Positions 56,160 to 64,000 of a stretch of 64,000 nt of DNA are shown piece after piece. Below the pieces are notes generated by a model. That model saw only the letters and a list, made by a program, of their open reading frames with translations, made no database searches and had not been told where the DNA came from. Origin of the DNA: Bacteroidetes bacterium HGW-Bacteroidetes-10 (GTDB taxonomy: Bacteria > Bacteroidota > Bacteroidia > Bacteroidales > UBA932); assembly GCA_002842695.1 (NCBI GenBank), contig PHDT01000006.1, positions 2,358-66,357 of the forward strand, read 5' to 3'. The stretch's first letter is position 1. Each line of letters starts with the position of its first letter. Both the position numbers and the translations under genes were made by a program.

Positions 56160-56567
56160 TTAAAACGGGAACCAGTAGCTCTCAGGCATTGAGATAACTC
56201 TGTCTTCTGTCATTACCACATCTGTTTCAGTAACAAAATCGCCACCATCGGGCATAGGGTCATTCAGGCCGGCATTTTTATTCATGTCAATGAAAGAGTA
56301 CAGCCTGTAGGTTTTGGGAACAATGTCTTCAATGACTACAGTTGCAATAGAGCTGGTAAATGCTGCATCACCTTCATATAGCGTAGGATCATCAGCTTCA
56401 CCGTTTTCCTGCACCAGTTTGATGTAAACCTTTACACCGTTAGGCACATTCTGTTTGCTGACCATTGCATTGAGATATACATTCGGGGACTTTTCACAGG
56501 AACTCAGCAACGGAGTTATAATTGCCAATGCAAGAAGCATTGCAAAAATGCGTGAAATGTTTTTCAT
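56160..56567 (-). CDS. Hypothetical lipoprotein (first gene of the operon)
   Basis: 135 aa with a signal peptide and lipobox (LLSSC). Confidence 0.6.
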   Translation of the reverse strand: MKNISRIFAMLLALAIITPLLSSCEKSPNVYLNAMVSKQNVPNGVKVYIKLVQENGEADDPTLYEGDAAFTSSIATVVIEDIVPKTYRLYSFIDMNKNAGLNDPMPDGGDFVTETDVVMTEDRVISMPESYWFPF

Positions 56568-56604
56568 AATATTGATGTTTTTGAACTTGTCTCAGAAACG
56601 TGTG

Positions 56605-56612
56605 CAAATATA
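56605..56612 (-). promoter_or_regulatory. Candidate -7 box (TATATTTG) of the membrane-protein operon
   Basis: Exact TAnnTTTG match on the minus strand, 37 nt upstream of the ATG at 56567. The -33 element is poor. Confidence 0.4.
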
Positions 56613-56702
56613 ATTATTTATCTAACCAAAAGTGTTGCCTGGCAGGATGAAAATTGCCTGCCAAAGTTTCCACGTGCAGTTTTCCCCAGGGGTAAACTGC
56701 CT

Positions 56703-57129
56703 CGCGCGCGAAGCGCTGCACCTTCACCGGCTGCGAAGCGGACGGTACCTTATAAGAGTGCTTTGCTCACCGGCAGGAGCGAGATTTGTCAGAAATGTAT
56801 GGTGCCGGGCTGCACCCGGCGGGAGTTAGCCTTTGGCAAAGGTCTTCAAGCTTGCATGCCTGAAGTTGTTTTTCTTTGTGTGGTGCGGGTTTCGAGTGTG
56901 TTTTGCCTTGTTATTTTTCATGGACCCGTATGGCTGTAACTATCTGTACGTCTGTGTGTAGCACTTTGTCCCCGCGGATCATCCGCGGGGACAAAGTGGC
57001 TCTCAGTGATTTACAGTGCGTTGCAGCCGTACGGGTCGTTAACAGGAATCTTATGAAACTGTTTGCTAATATGGGTTTGGTAAAAAAATACTGACTGAGT
57101 TTTGTTCATGAAAAACTAACATGTCAGCC
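56703..57129 (-). repeat. Repeat copy B (~427 bp), inverted relative to copy A
   Basis: Its reverse complement aligns with 50981-51406. It carries the same hairpin (56923-57037) and the same GCCGGG...CCCGGC hairpin (56804-56820). Confidence 0.85.
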
Positions 57130-57245
57130 TAAATTGCATTTATCTGATTTACTTGCTTTTAACTTTGCAGAAAATTATAAAAATTCAAATTTAGAAATCG
57201 TATATTATTGATATAATGACGATTGTAATTTAGGCTGACATGTGT

Positions 57246-57416
57246 CTAAAGTTTCCCACGTGCAGAACTCTGCCAGAGTTCCATTTTACCCCTGGGGAAA
57301 AGTGTCAGATTATTGATAAACAAGCGCTTATGTAAAATAGAAATATTTCACAACTAGCTGTATGTGTGACGTTTGACACTTTTCCCCAGGGGTAAATTGC
57401 ACGTGGGAAACTTTAG
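57246..57416. repeat. Large imperfect palindrome (19 + 24 bp arms) at the 3' end of the LysE-like gene
   Basis: CTAAAGTTTCCCACGTGCA (57246-57264) pairs with TGCACGTGGGAAACTTTAG (57398-57416). ATTTTACCCCTGGGGAAAAGTGTCA (57283-57307) pairs with TGACACTTTTCCCCAGGGGTAAAT (57374-57397). The left arm is interrupted by the mini-hairpin GAACTCTGCCAGAGTTCC. Confidence 0.8.
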
Positions 57417-58135
57417 TAGGCAACAATCGCGACGGCTGAATATATCAGCATCAGGGACATCACTACATTGAAAGTGTAGTAGAAGAGTTTGTTTTTAAAG
57501 TAAGCGGAGAAGGTTGACCCGATTAGAGTCCAGAGCGCGATTGAGAAAAAGCCCGCAACAGTCAGAAAGAATGCCGATGCCAGTACGGCTGTGGCTGAGG
57601 TGCCTATCAGGAGCGAGAAAGATGAGTAGAGTGTTATGCCGTAGAGGATCACTTTGACGTTTACCAGCTGCAATATCATTCCGTTGAAGAGGGTGTAGCC
57701 AGCGAACCTGTTTTTAGTTTTTTTGTTAGGAATGTTTGAATTTGAATGCCCGAGCTTACTATCTGATGAATCATCTAACTTGCTATCAGATAGGATGCTT
57801 GTATGTTTTGCAGACTGGTCAACTGGTTGGTTTTGGAAATCTGGTGTTTTGCCTGGCAAAAATGGCATCAGCGCAAGCCAGAGCATGTAGAGGGCGCCAA
57901 TCCAGCGGAGGTAGGGGGAGATGGTGCCGTAAATGTTGAGGATAAAATCAAGCATTAGCCCGCATGCCGCAAGAATTGCGAAAAAGCCAATTGAAATGCC
58001 GGTGAGGTATGGAAGGGTTTTACTGAAGCCCTGCTGCATTCCGGCCTGGGAAGAGGAGGCGTTGTTTGGGCCGGGGGTGAAGGTTGTTACGATTGCGTAT
58101 GTTATAAAAGGGGCTAGCAGTTCCGGATGAGTCAT
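57413..58135 (-). CDS. LysE-family translocator-like protein with low-complexity central insertion
   Basis: 240 aa with the N-terminal TFTPGPNN motif and 6 TM segments. A ~50-aa Ser/Asp/Lys/Asn-rich loop (SILSDSKLDDSSDSKLGHSNSNIPNKKTKN) lies between the two halves. Confidence 0.7.
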   Translation of the reverse strand: MTHPELLAPFITYAIVTTFTPGPNNASSSQAGMQQGFSKTLPYLTGISIGFFAILAACGLMLDFILNIYGTISPYLRWIGALYMLWLALMPFLPGKTPDFQNQPVDQSAKHTSILSDSKLDDSSDSKLGHSNSNIPNKKTKNRFAGYTLFNGMILQLVNVKVILYGITLYSSFSLLIGTSATAVLASAFFLTVAGFFSIALWTLIGSTFSAYFKNKLFYYTFNVVMSLMLIYSAVAIVAY

Positions 58136-58929
58136 TGCTGATTTTCTTTTTGGAAGGTCGGATATGGGTATTCGATATTTGTGAGGAAGAGGGGATGGGC
58201 GGGGACGGAGTTACCGGCGGAGCTGCGGTTTTTTTCTGCCAGGAGTTCTTTAATCCAGACGGGCTCTTTGCGGCCGCGGCCTACTTCAAGGAGTGAGCCG
58301 ACAACTGCCCGCACCATGTTGCGGAGGAAGCGGTTGGCGGTTATTGTAAAACATAGTGTTTTGCCATTCAGCGGCGAGAAGGTGAGCGGGGCGGCGGGGT
58401 GCCAGAGGGCCCGGGTGACAGTGCAGATGTTGGTTTTGACATCTGTGTGGAGTTTTGCCATTGAGGTGAAGTCCTGTTCGCCTAGTAAAAAGAGGGCGGC
58501 TTCGTTCATTTTGTCAATGTCAAGTTCGTATGGATAAAAGTATGAATATTGTCCAAGAAAGGGGTCTTTGGCGGTGTGAACGAAATAGTTATAGCTGCGT
58601 GAGGTTGCGTCAAAGCGGGCGTGTGCGTCGTCCTGAACCTGACAGATGTCATGTATGACAATGTCAGAAGGAAGAATGGCATTTATTTTGTAAATTGTTG
58701 TTGGCAGATCTCCGGGCTTGATGAGCCCCTCATCAATATCGACATGGGCAACATAATTTACGGCGTGGACACCGCTGTCTGTTCTGCCGGCGCCCGTCAG
58801 CGAGAGAGGTGTTCCAAGGTAGACGGAGAATGCGCGTTCCAGTTCGCTCTGGACAGAGGGCTGACGGGGCTGTACCTGCCACCCGTTGAAACTTCTGCCA
58901 TTGTATGAAAGTGATATGAAAAAGCGCAT
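58132..58929 (-). CDS. truA: tRNA pseudouridine(38-40) synthase TruA
   Basis: Start trimmed to MRFFISLSYNGRSFNGWQVQP (ATG 58929). The catalytic block GAGRTDSGVHA is present. Confidence 0.9.
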   Translation of the reverse strand: MRFFISLSYNGRSFNGWQVQPRQPSVQSELERAFSVYLGTPLSLTGAGRTDSGVHAVNYVAHVDIDEGLIKPGDLPTTIYKINAILPSDIVIHDICQVQDDAHARFDATSRSYNYFVHTAKDPFLGQYSYFYPYELDIDKMNEAALFLLGEQDFTSMAKLHTDVKTNICTVTRALWHPAAPLTFSPLNGKTLCFTITANRFLRNMVRAVVGSLLEVGRGRKEPVWIKELLAEKNRSSAGNSVPAHPLFLTNIEYPYPTFQKENQQ

Positions 58930-59038
58930 ATGAGGAATGTCAAAATGGATGATTATAGATAGATTTTTTAAACTAAATTTGTAGGTTTTAGCGACAAAAT
59001 ATATTGCGACACAAAAATACAAAAATTGATTCAATAAT

Positions 59039-60031
59039 ATGGAAACCGTCAACATCAAAGAACTAAACGAAAAAATCCAGAGGGAGAGCGCCTTTGTGGA
59101 TATGGTCACTCTGGAGATGAATAAGGTTATTGTGGGTCAGAAACAGCTGGTTGAGAACCTGCTTATTGGCCTGCTTGCCAACGGACACATTCTCCTTGAG
59201 GGTGTTCCCGGTCTTGCAAAAACTCTGGCAATCAACACTCTTGCATCAATAGTGGATGCTAAGTTCAGCCGTATTCAGTTTACTCCGGACCTTCTTCCGG
59301 CAGATTTGATTGGAACAATGATTTACAGCCAGAAACAGGAGAAATTCCAGATTCGCAAGGGACCGGTTTTCGCAAACTTTGTATTGGCAGATGAGATAAA
59401 CCGTTCTCCGGCAAAGGTGCAGAGTGCACTTCTGGAGGCGATGCAGGAGCGTCAGGTTACAATCGGAGACGAGAGTTTCAAGCTTCCTGAGCCATTCCTG
59501 GTAATGGCAACCCAGAACCCCATTGAGCAGGAGGGAACATATCCGCTTCCTGAGGCTCAGGTAGACAGGTTCATGCTCAAGGTGGTTGTGAGCTATCCTA
59601 AGAAAGAGGAGGAGAAGCTGATTATCCGCATGAACAATACAGGTACATTCCCTAAGGCAAATGCCGTTATTAAGCCTGAGGATATTATCAGGGCCAGGGA
59701 GGTTGTTCGTGAGGTTTACATGGATGAGAAGATTGAAAAATATATTGTTGACATAGTGTTTGCTACCAGAAATCCGCAGGATTACGGTCTGGAGAGGCTG
59801 AAAGACCTTATCTCATACGGCGGATCGCCTCGCGCAAGTATCAGCCTTGCTATGGCAGCAAAAGCATATGCATTTATCCGCAGAAGGGGATATGTAATTC
59901 CAGAAGATGTGAGGGCAGTGTGTTACGAAGTTCTGCGCCACAGAATCGGCCTTACTTATGAGGCGGAGGCAGAGAATATCACAACTGAGAACATCATCAC
60001 AGATATTATGAACGCAATAGAGGTTCCTTAG
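59039..60031 (+). CDS. MoxR-family AAA+ ATPase
   Basis: 330 aa with Walker A LLEGVPGLAKT, Walker B VLADEINR, and the typical MoxR C-terminus. Confidence 0.92.
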   Translation: METVNIKELNEKIQRESAFVDMVTLEMNKVIVGQKQLVENLLIGLLANGHILLEGVPGLAKTLAINTLASIVDAKFSRIQFTPDLLPADLIGTMIYSQKQEKFQIRKGPVFANFVLADEINRSPAKVQSALLEAMQERQVTIGDESFKLPEPFLVMATQNPIEQEGTYPLPEAQVDRFMLKVVVSYPKKEEEKLIIRMNNTGTFPKANAVIKPEDIIRAREVVREVYMDEKIEKYIVDIVFATRNPQDYGLERLKDLISYGGSPRASISLAMAAKAYAFIRRRGYVIPEDVRAVCYEVLRHRIGLTYEAEAENITTENIITDIMNAIEVP

Positions 60032-60032
60032 T

Positions 60033-60911
60033 ATGACCAGCGATTTGCTTAAAAAAGTACGGAAAATTGAGATAAAGACCCGCGGACTCTCAAGACAGAT
60101 CTTTGCAGGGGAGTACCACTCGGCCTTCAAGGGGAGGGGTATGGCCTTCAGCGAGGTGAGGGAGTATCAGTTTGGCGACGATGTGAGGAATATGGACTGG
60201 AATGTTACAGCCCGCCTCAATGCGCCATATATCAAGGTCTTTGAAGAGGAGAGGGAGCTTACAGTTATGTTGCTGGTAGATGTGAGCGCTTCCCGCATTT
60301 TCGGGACAACCATCAAGAGCAAACGCGACCTCATAACAGAAATAGCAGCAGTACTTTCCTTTTCTGCGTCGGCAAATAATGACAAGGTTGGAGCGCTATT
60401 TTTTAGTTCTAAGGTAGAGAAGTTTATACCTCCAAAGAAAGGGAGAAGCCATCTGCTGAGAATTATCAGGGAACTCCTTGAATTCGAGCCGCAGGAGCAG
60501 GGGACAGATATTGGAGAGGCTCTCAGGTACCTCACAAATGCAATCAAGAGGAGATGTACCGCATTCCTTCTTTCAGATATGATTGATGTCGATTCATCCC
60601 TGCGTCCGCGCTGGGAAGAGGCTCTTAAAATTGCAGCCAACCGCCACGAACTGTCGGTTATCTCTGTTTTTGATCCGAGAGAGAGAGAGCTGCCTTCGGT
60701 TGGACTTATGAAACTGGCAGATGCAGAGACAGGCAGGGAGAGCTGGGTTGATACATCCAGCAGGAGTGTGCGTGAACACTTCGACAAATGGAACAGGGAG
60801 GTAAACACTGCCATTTCTCAGACTTTAAGAAGATACAGCGTAGATACAGTCTCTATCTCCACTGAGAGCGACTTTGTGAAAGGGTTGGTAACACTATTTA
60901 AAAACAGGTGA
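60033..60911 (+). CDS. DUF58 domain protein (vWA-like), MoxR partner
   Basis: 292 aa. The block REYQFGDDVRNMDWNVTAR is typical of DUF58. Confidence 0.85.
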   Translation: MTSDLLKKVRKIEIKTRGLSRQIFAGEYHSAFKGRGMAFSEVREYQFGDDVRNMDWNVTARLNAPYIKVFEEERELTVMLLVDVSASRIFGTTIKSKRDLITEIAAVLSFSASANNDKVGALFFSSKVEKFIPPKKGRSHLLRIIRELLEFEPQEQGTDIGEALRYLTNAIKRRCTAFLLSDMIDVDSSLRPRWEEALKIAANRHELSVISVFDPRERELPSVGLMKLADAETGRESWVDTSSRSVREHFDKWNREVNTAISQTLRRYSVDTVSISTESDFVKGLVTLFKNR

Positions 60912-61786
60912 CTTCTATGATTCAAAAAGATACATTACTCATAGGCGACCAGGTTACGCTGAGTTTTAAGACCAGGGTTCCAAAAGGAGGGCAACTCTTC
61001 CTTCAGGAACTTCAGAATCCCATTTCCCAGGGAGTAGAACTGGTTGGTCGTCCAAAAATTGACACACTTTCCAGTGCAGGAGGGGAGATGGAGCTTCAGA
61101 CAAGCTTCACCCTCACCTCATTTGACAGCGGAACCCATGTTGTTCCGCCTATAGCAGCATATTTGCAGAAACTCGACGGCTCTGTGGATACTGTTATGTT
61201 TGATCCCGGAACTCTTGAGTTTACCACAATCCAGATTGATACCACATCATACAGGCCTTTTGATGTGAAGGATCAGATGAATTATCCCTACACAGTCAAA
61301 GAGTTTCTTCCGTGGTTTGGCGGGCTGATTCTTCTTGCTGCCCTTATCTGGGGAGCAATCAGAATTTTCCGCAGGCTGAAGGCTAAAAGGTCGCTCTTTA
61401 TGCCGGAAAGGGAGCCGGATCCTCCATACATCATGGCTCTCAGAACTCTCGAGCAGATCAGAAACGAGAAGCTGTGGCAGAATAATCAGGAGAAGTTATA
61501 TTACACAAAGATTACCGATACTCTGCGCGAGTACATGGAGTCTCAGTTTTTCATTCAGGCAATGGAGAAGACCTCTGCCGAAATCCTTGCAGAACTTAAA
61601 GGCAAGGGGATTGAGAAGAGCTCCTTTGAATCCCTGAAAGAGCTGCTGGAGCTGAGCGACATGGTAAAGTTTGCAAAATACAGGGCAACAGAACTAGAAA
61701 ACGAGAATGCAGTACCTGTGGCAATCAGGTTTATCAATGTAACATGTCAGCCAAGTGAATCACCATTAAAAAACAAGGAGGTATAA
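60908..61786 (+). CDS. Hypothetical membrane-anchored protein of the Bat operon
   Basis: 292-aa ORF (GTG at 60908, alternative ATG at 60917) with one central TM (FLPWFGGLILLAALIWGAI). Confidence 0.6.
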   Translation: MTSMIQKDTLLIGDQVTLSFKTRVPKGGQLFLQELQNPISQGVELVGRPKIDTLSSAGGEMELQTSFTLTSFDSGTHVVPPIAAYLQKLDGSVDTVMFDPGTLEFTTIQIDTTSYRPFDVKDQMNYPYTVKEFLPWFGGLILLAALIWGAIRIFRRLKAKRSLFMPEREPDPPYIMALRTLEQIRNEKLWQNNQEKLYYTKITDTLREYMESQFFIQAMEKTSAEILAELKGKGIEKSSFESLKELLELSDMVKFAKYRATELENENAVPVAIRFINVTCQPSESPLKNKEV

Positions 61787-61787
61787 G

Positions 61788-62774
61788 ATGTTTTTCGAAT
61801 ATCCGGGCTTGCTTTTTCTCGAGCTGATTCTAATTCCTGTTGTTGCTCTTTATATCTGGAGGGAGATGCGGGGCGGCGCGCCGTCGTTAATGGTTTCGTC
61901 TCTTGGCCCGTGGGCGGGCAAGGGCGGCAGGGTAAAAAAATATGCGCGCCATCTGCCCTTTGTTCTGAGATCCATTGCCATTTCAATGCTCATTCTGGCC
62001 ATTGCAAGACCTCGTTCGTCCGACGATTTTGAGAAGGTTAACACAGAGGGTATAGACATTGTGCTTACCCTTGACGTCTCAACCAGTATGCTTGCACGCG
62101 ACTTTAAGCCGGACAGGATAAATGCTGCAAAAGAGATTGCCATTGAGTTCATTGCCCAGCGTCCATCGGACAGAATGGGTGTAGTGGTTTTTGCCGGTGA
62201 GAGTTTTACACAGTGTCCCCTCACAACAGACAGGGCAACGCTCATAAACCTCATGAAGGAGGTTGAGACTGGGCTTATTGAGGATGGTACTGCGATAGGA
62301 AACGGGCTGGCAACGGCAGTTGCCCGTCTTAAAGATTCTCCGGCAAACAGCAGGGTGATAATTCTGCTTACAGATGGTGTTAACAACAGAGGGGAGATTG
62401 CTCCGCAGATGGCGGCAGAGATTGCCAAGACATACGGTATAAGGGTTTATACCATTGGTGTTGGTGCAATGGGAATGGCACCGTATCCCGTAATGACTCC
62501 GTTTGGAGTGGAGATTCAGCAGGTAAAGGTTGAGATTGATGAGCCGCTGCTTCAGCAGATTGCTAATGATACAGGAGGAAAGTACTTCCGTGCCACTGAC
62601 AACACAAAGTTGCTGGAGATTTACGGAGAGATAAATGATATGGAGAAGAGCCGTACGACTGTCGATTCATTCCCCATTTACAGAGAGCTCTTCATGACCT
62701 TTGCACTTTTTGCACTTGCTGCAATTGCGCTGGAGCTGTTTCTCAGATTGTTCGTTTTAAAGAAAATTCCATAA
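61788..62774 (+). CDS. batA: vWA-domain aerotolerance protein BatA
   Basis: 328 aa with an N-terminal TM, a vWA MIDAS motif (LDVSTSM), a C-terminal TM and operon context. Confidence 0.8.
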   Translation: MFFEYPGLLFLELILIPVVALYIWREMRGGAPSLMVSSLGPWAGKGGRVKKYARHLPFVLRSIAISMLILAIARPRSSDDFEKVNTEGIDIVLTLDVSTSMLARDFKPDRINAAKEIAIEFIAQRPSDRMGVVVFAGESFTQCPLTTDRATLINLMKEVETGLIEDGTAIGNGLATAVARLKDSPANSRVIILLTDGVNNRGEIAPQMAAEIAKTYGIRVYTIGVGAMGMAPYPVMTPFGVEIQQVKVEIDEPLLQQIANDTGGKYFRATDNTKLLEIYGEINDMEKSRTTVDSFPIYRELFMTFALFALAAIALELFLRLFVLKKIP

Positions 62775-62792
62775 TGAAGATATTTTAAGAAT

Positions 62793-63827
62793 ATGATACA
62801 ATTTGCACAAATAGAATATCTTGCGTTAATACTGATAATCCCGTTCCTCTTTATCTTTCACGGATTGTACAGGAGGAGCAGGAGAAAGAGACTGGAGAAG
62901 TTCGGAGATCTGAAACTTATTACTCCTCTAATGCCTCACGCATCAAGAGCCAGGGGATGGATAAAAATCACCCTCTACTCTTTTGCAATCTTCTTCTTTG
63001 CAATTGGATTGTCTCGCCCTCAGCTGGGAGCCAGACTTAAGGAGGTTGAGACCCGCGGTGTTGAAATTATGATTGCACTCGATGTCTCGAATTCAATGCT
63101 GGCAGAGGATTACTCTCCAAACAGACTGGAGAGGGCCAAGCTGGCAATCTCAAGACTTGTTGATAAACTCAGGGATGACCGAATAGGACTTATAGTCTTT
63201 GCAGGGAAATCATTTGTTCAGCTCCCAATAACTGCAGACTATGTTTCAGCGAAGATTTTCCTCAATTCAATCACAACCGGTTCTGTTCCTGTTCAGGGGA
63301 CAGCAATAGGAGATGCGATCAACACTGCCATTAAGGGATTCAGCCTTGAGAGCCAGAACAGCCGTGCGATTGTGATTATTACCGATGGCGAGAACCACGA
63401 AGATGACCCTGTTGCTGCTGCAAAATCTGCACTTGATCTGGGAATACCTGTCTACACAATAGGAATCGGGACAGAGGGGGGAAAACCTATACCGGCCGGC
63501 AATGGAGAGCTTTTGAAGGACAAGGAGGGCAATATAGTGGTGACCAAGCTCGATGAAGCAGCCCTCTCGGCTATCGCCGAGGCAGGAGGCGGAGCCTACC
63601 TGAGGGCCGGCAACTCCGACTTTGGACTCGAAGCAATTGTAGACAAGATTCACAATATGGACAAACAGAGCTACAAATCTGTTGTATTCGAGGATTTTGA
63701 TGAACAGTACATGTACTTTTTTGCTATAGCACTCTTCTTCCTGCTCCTCGAGTTTATGGTAGGAGAGCGAAGAGGTTTCAACCTCTTTAACCCGGGGGCA
63801 AGAGCTTACAGGTCAGTTAAGAAATGA
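62793..63827 (+). CDS. batB: vWA-domain aerotolerance protein BatB
   Basis: 344 aa with a vWA MIDAS motif (LDVSNSM); paralog of BatA. Confidence 0.8.
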   Translation: MIQFAQIEYLALILIIPFLFIFHGLYRRSRRKRLEKFGDLKLITPLMPHASRARGWIKITLYSFAIFFFAIGLSRPQLGARLKEVETRGVEIMIALDVSNSMLAEDYSPNRLERAKLAISRLVDKLRDDRIGLIVFAGKSFVQLPITADYVSAKIFLNSITTGSVPVQGTAIGDAINTAIKGFSLESQNSRAIVIITDGENHEDDPVAAAKSALDLGIPVYTIGIGTEGGKPIPAGNGELLKDKEGNIVVTKLDEAALSAIAEAGGGAYLRAGNSDFGLEAIVDKIHNMDKQSYKSVVFEDFDEQYMYFFAIALFFLLLEFMVGERRGFNLFNPGARAYRSVKK

Positions 63828-63844
63828 TTTTGACATACGAGAAT

Positions 63845-64000
63845 ATGAAAAGGATATTAGTTACATTAATGCTGATTCTCTCCGTGACAGCCCTCTTTGC
63901 ACAAAAAGAGAGGTGGCAGGTGCGTTCGGGCAACAAGGCGTATGGCAAGGGAGATTACCAGAAGGCCGAGCTTGAATACAGAAGGGCACTGGATAAGGAT
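63845..64000 (+). CDS. batC: TPR-repeat protein BatC (5' fragment, runs off the window end)
   Basis: ATG at 63845 gives MKRILVTLMLILSVTALFAQ..GNKAYGKGDYQKAELEYRRALDKD (signal peptide plus the first TPR). Confidence 0.7.
   Translation, partial: MKRILVTLMLILSVTALFAQKERWQVRSGNKAYGKGDYQKAELEYRRALDKD

Noticed and set aside
50981-57129. Invertible-promoter or shufflon type phase-variation switch
   Set aside because: Bacteroides invertons use short (~20-30 bp) near-identical repeats and a nearby recombinase. Here the repeats are ~427 bp and clearly diverged, and no recombinase is in the window. The idea is kept only as a testable alternative in the finding.

Overview
This 64-kb chromosomal window looks like a Bacteroidota (Bacteroidales-like) genome. 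Supporting signs are a Thr-Tyr-Gly-Thr tRNA cluster upstream of tuf, TAnnTTTG-type -7 boxes, TonB-dependent receptor, BACON and GH92 genes, and the moxR-DUF58-batABC aerotolerance operon. Most of the window is tightly packed housekeeping: dxs, purA, ssb, aroE, lysS, recJ, aroK, parC, era, rluB, exbB-exbD-tonB, asnA and truA. Four things are not explained by ordinary annotation. (1) There are two classic ribosome-mediated attenuators made of ORFs too short for the ORF track. One is a 28-codon leader with 10 Asn codons plus terminator/antiterminator in front of asnA. The other is a YYYY leader plus terminator in front of a tyrosine-phenol-lyase-like lyase, and its predicted starvation-ON logic is unexpected for a catabolic enzyme. 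(2) Two diverged ~427-bp inverted repeats (50981-51406 and 56703-57129) each carry a strongly conserved 115-nt hairpin. They bracket a 5.3-kb minus-strand operon of uncharacterised membrane proteins, and more nested palindromes lie at 57119-57416. (3) About 34 in-frame 21-nt repeats encode a ~240-aa FDRERKP array at the N-terminus of RluB. (4) Smaller oddities are a FeoB without its G domain, a tRNA-Tyr with a broken acceptor stem, a SusD-less nuclease/TonB-receptor locus and a GH92 fusion enzyme. I saw no CRISPR array, rRNA, integrase, transposase, reverse transcriptase or recognisable defence genes. All structures and alignments were done by eye and need computational confirmation.
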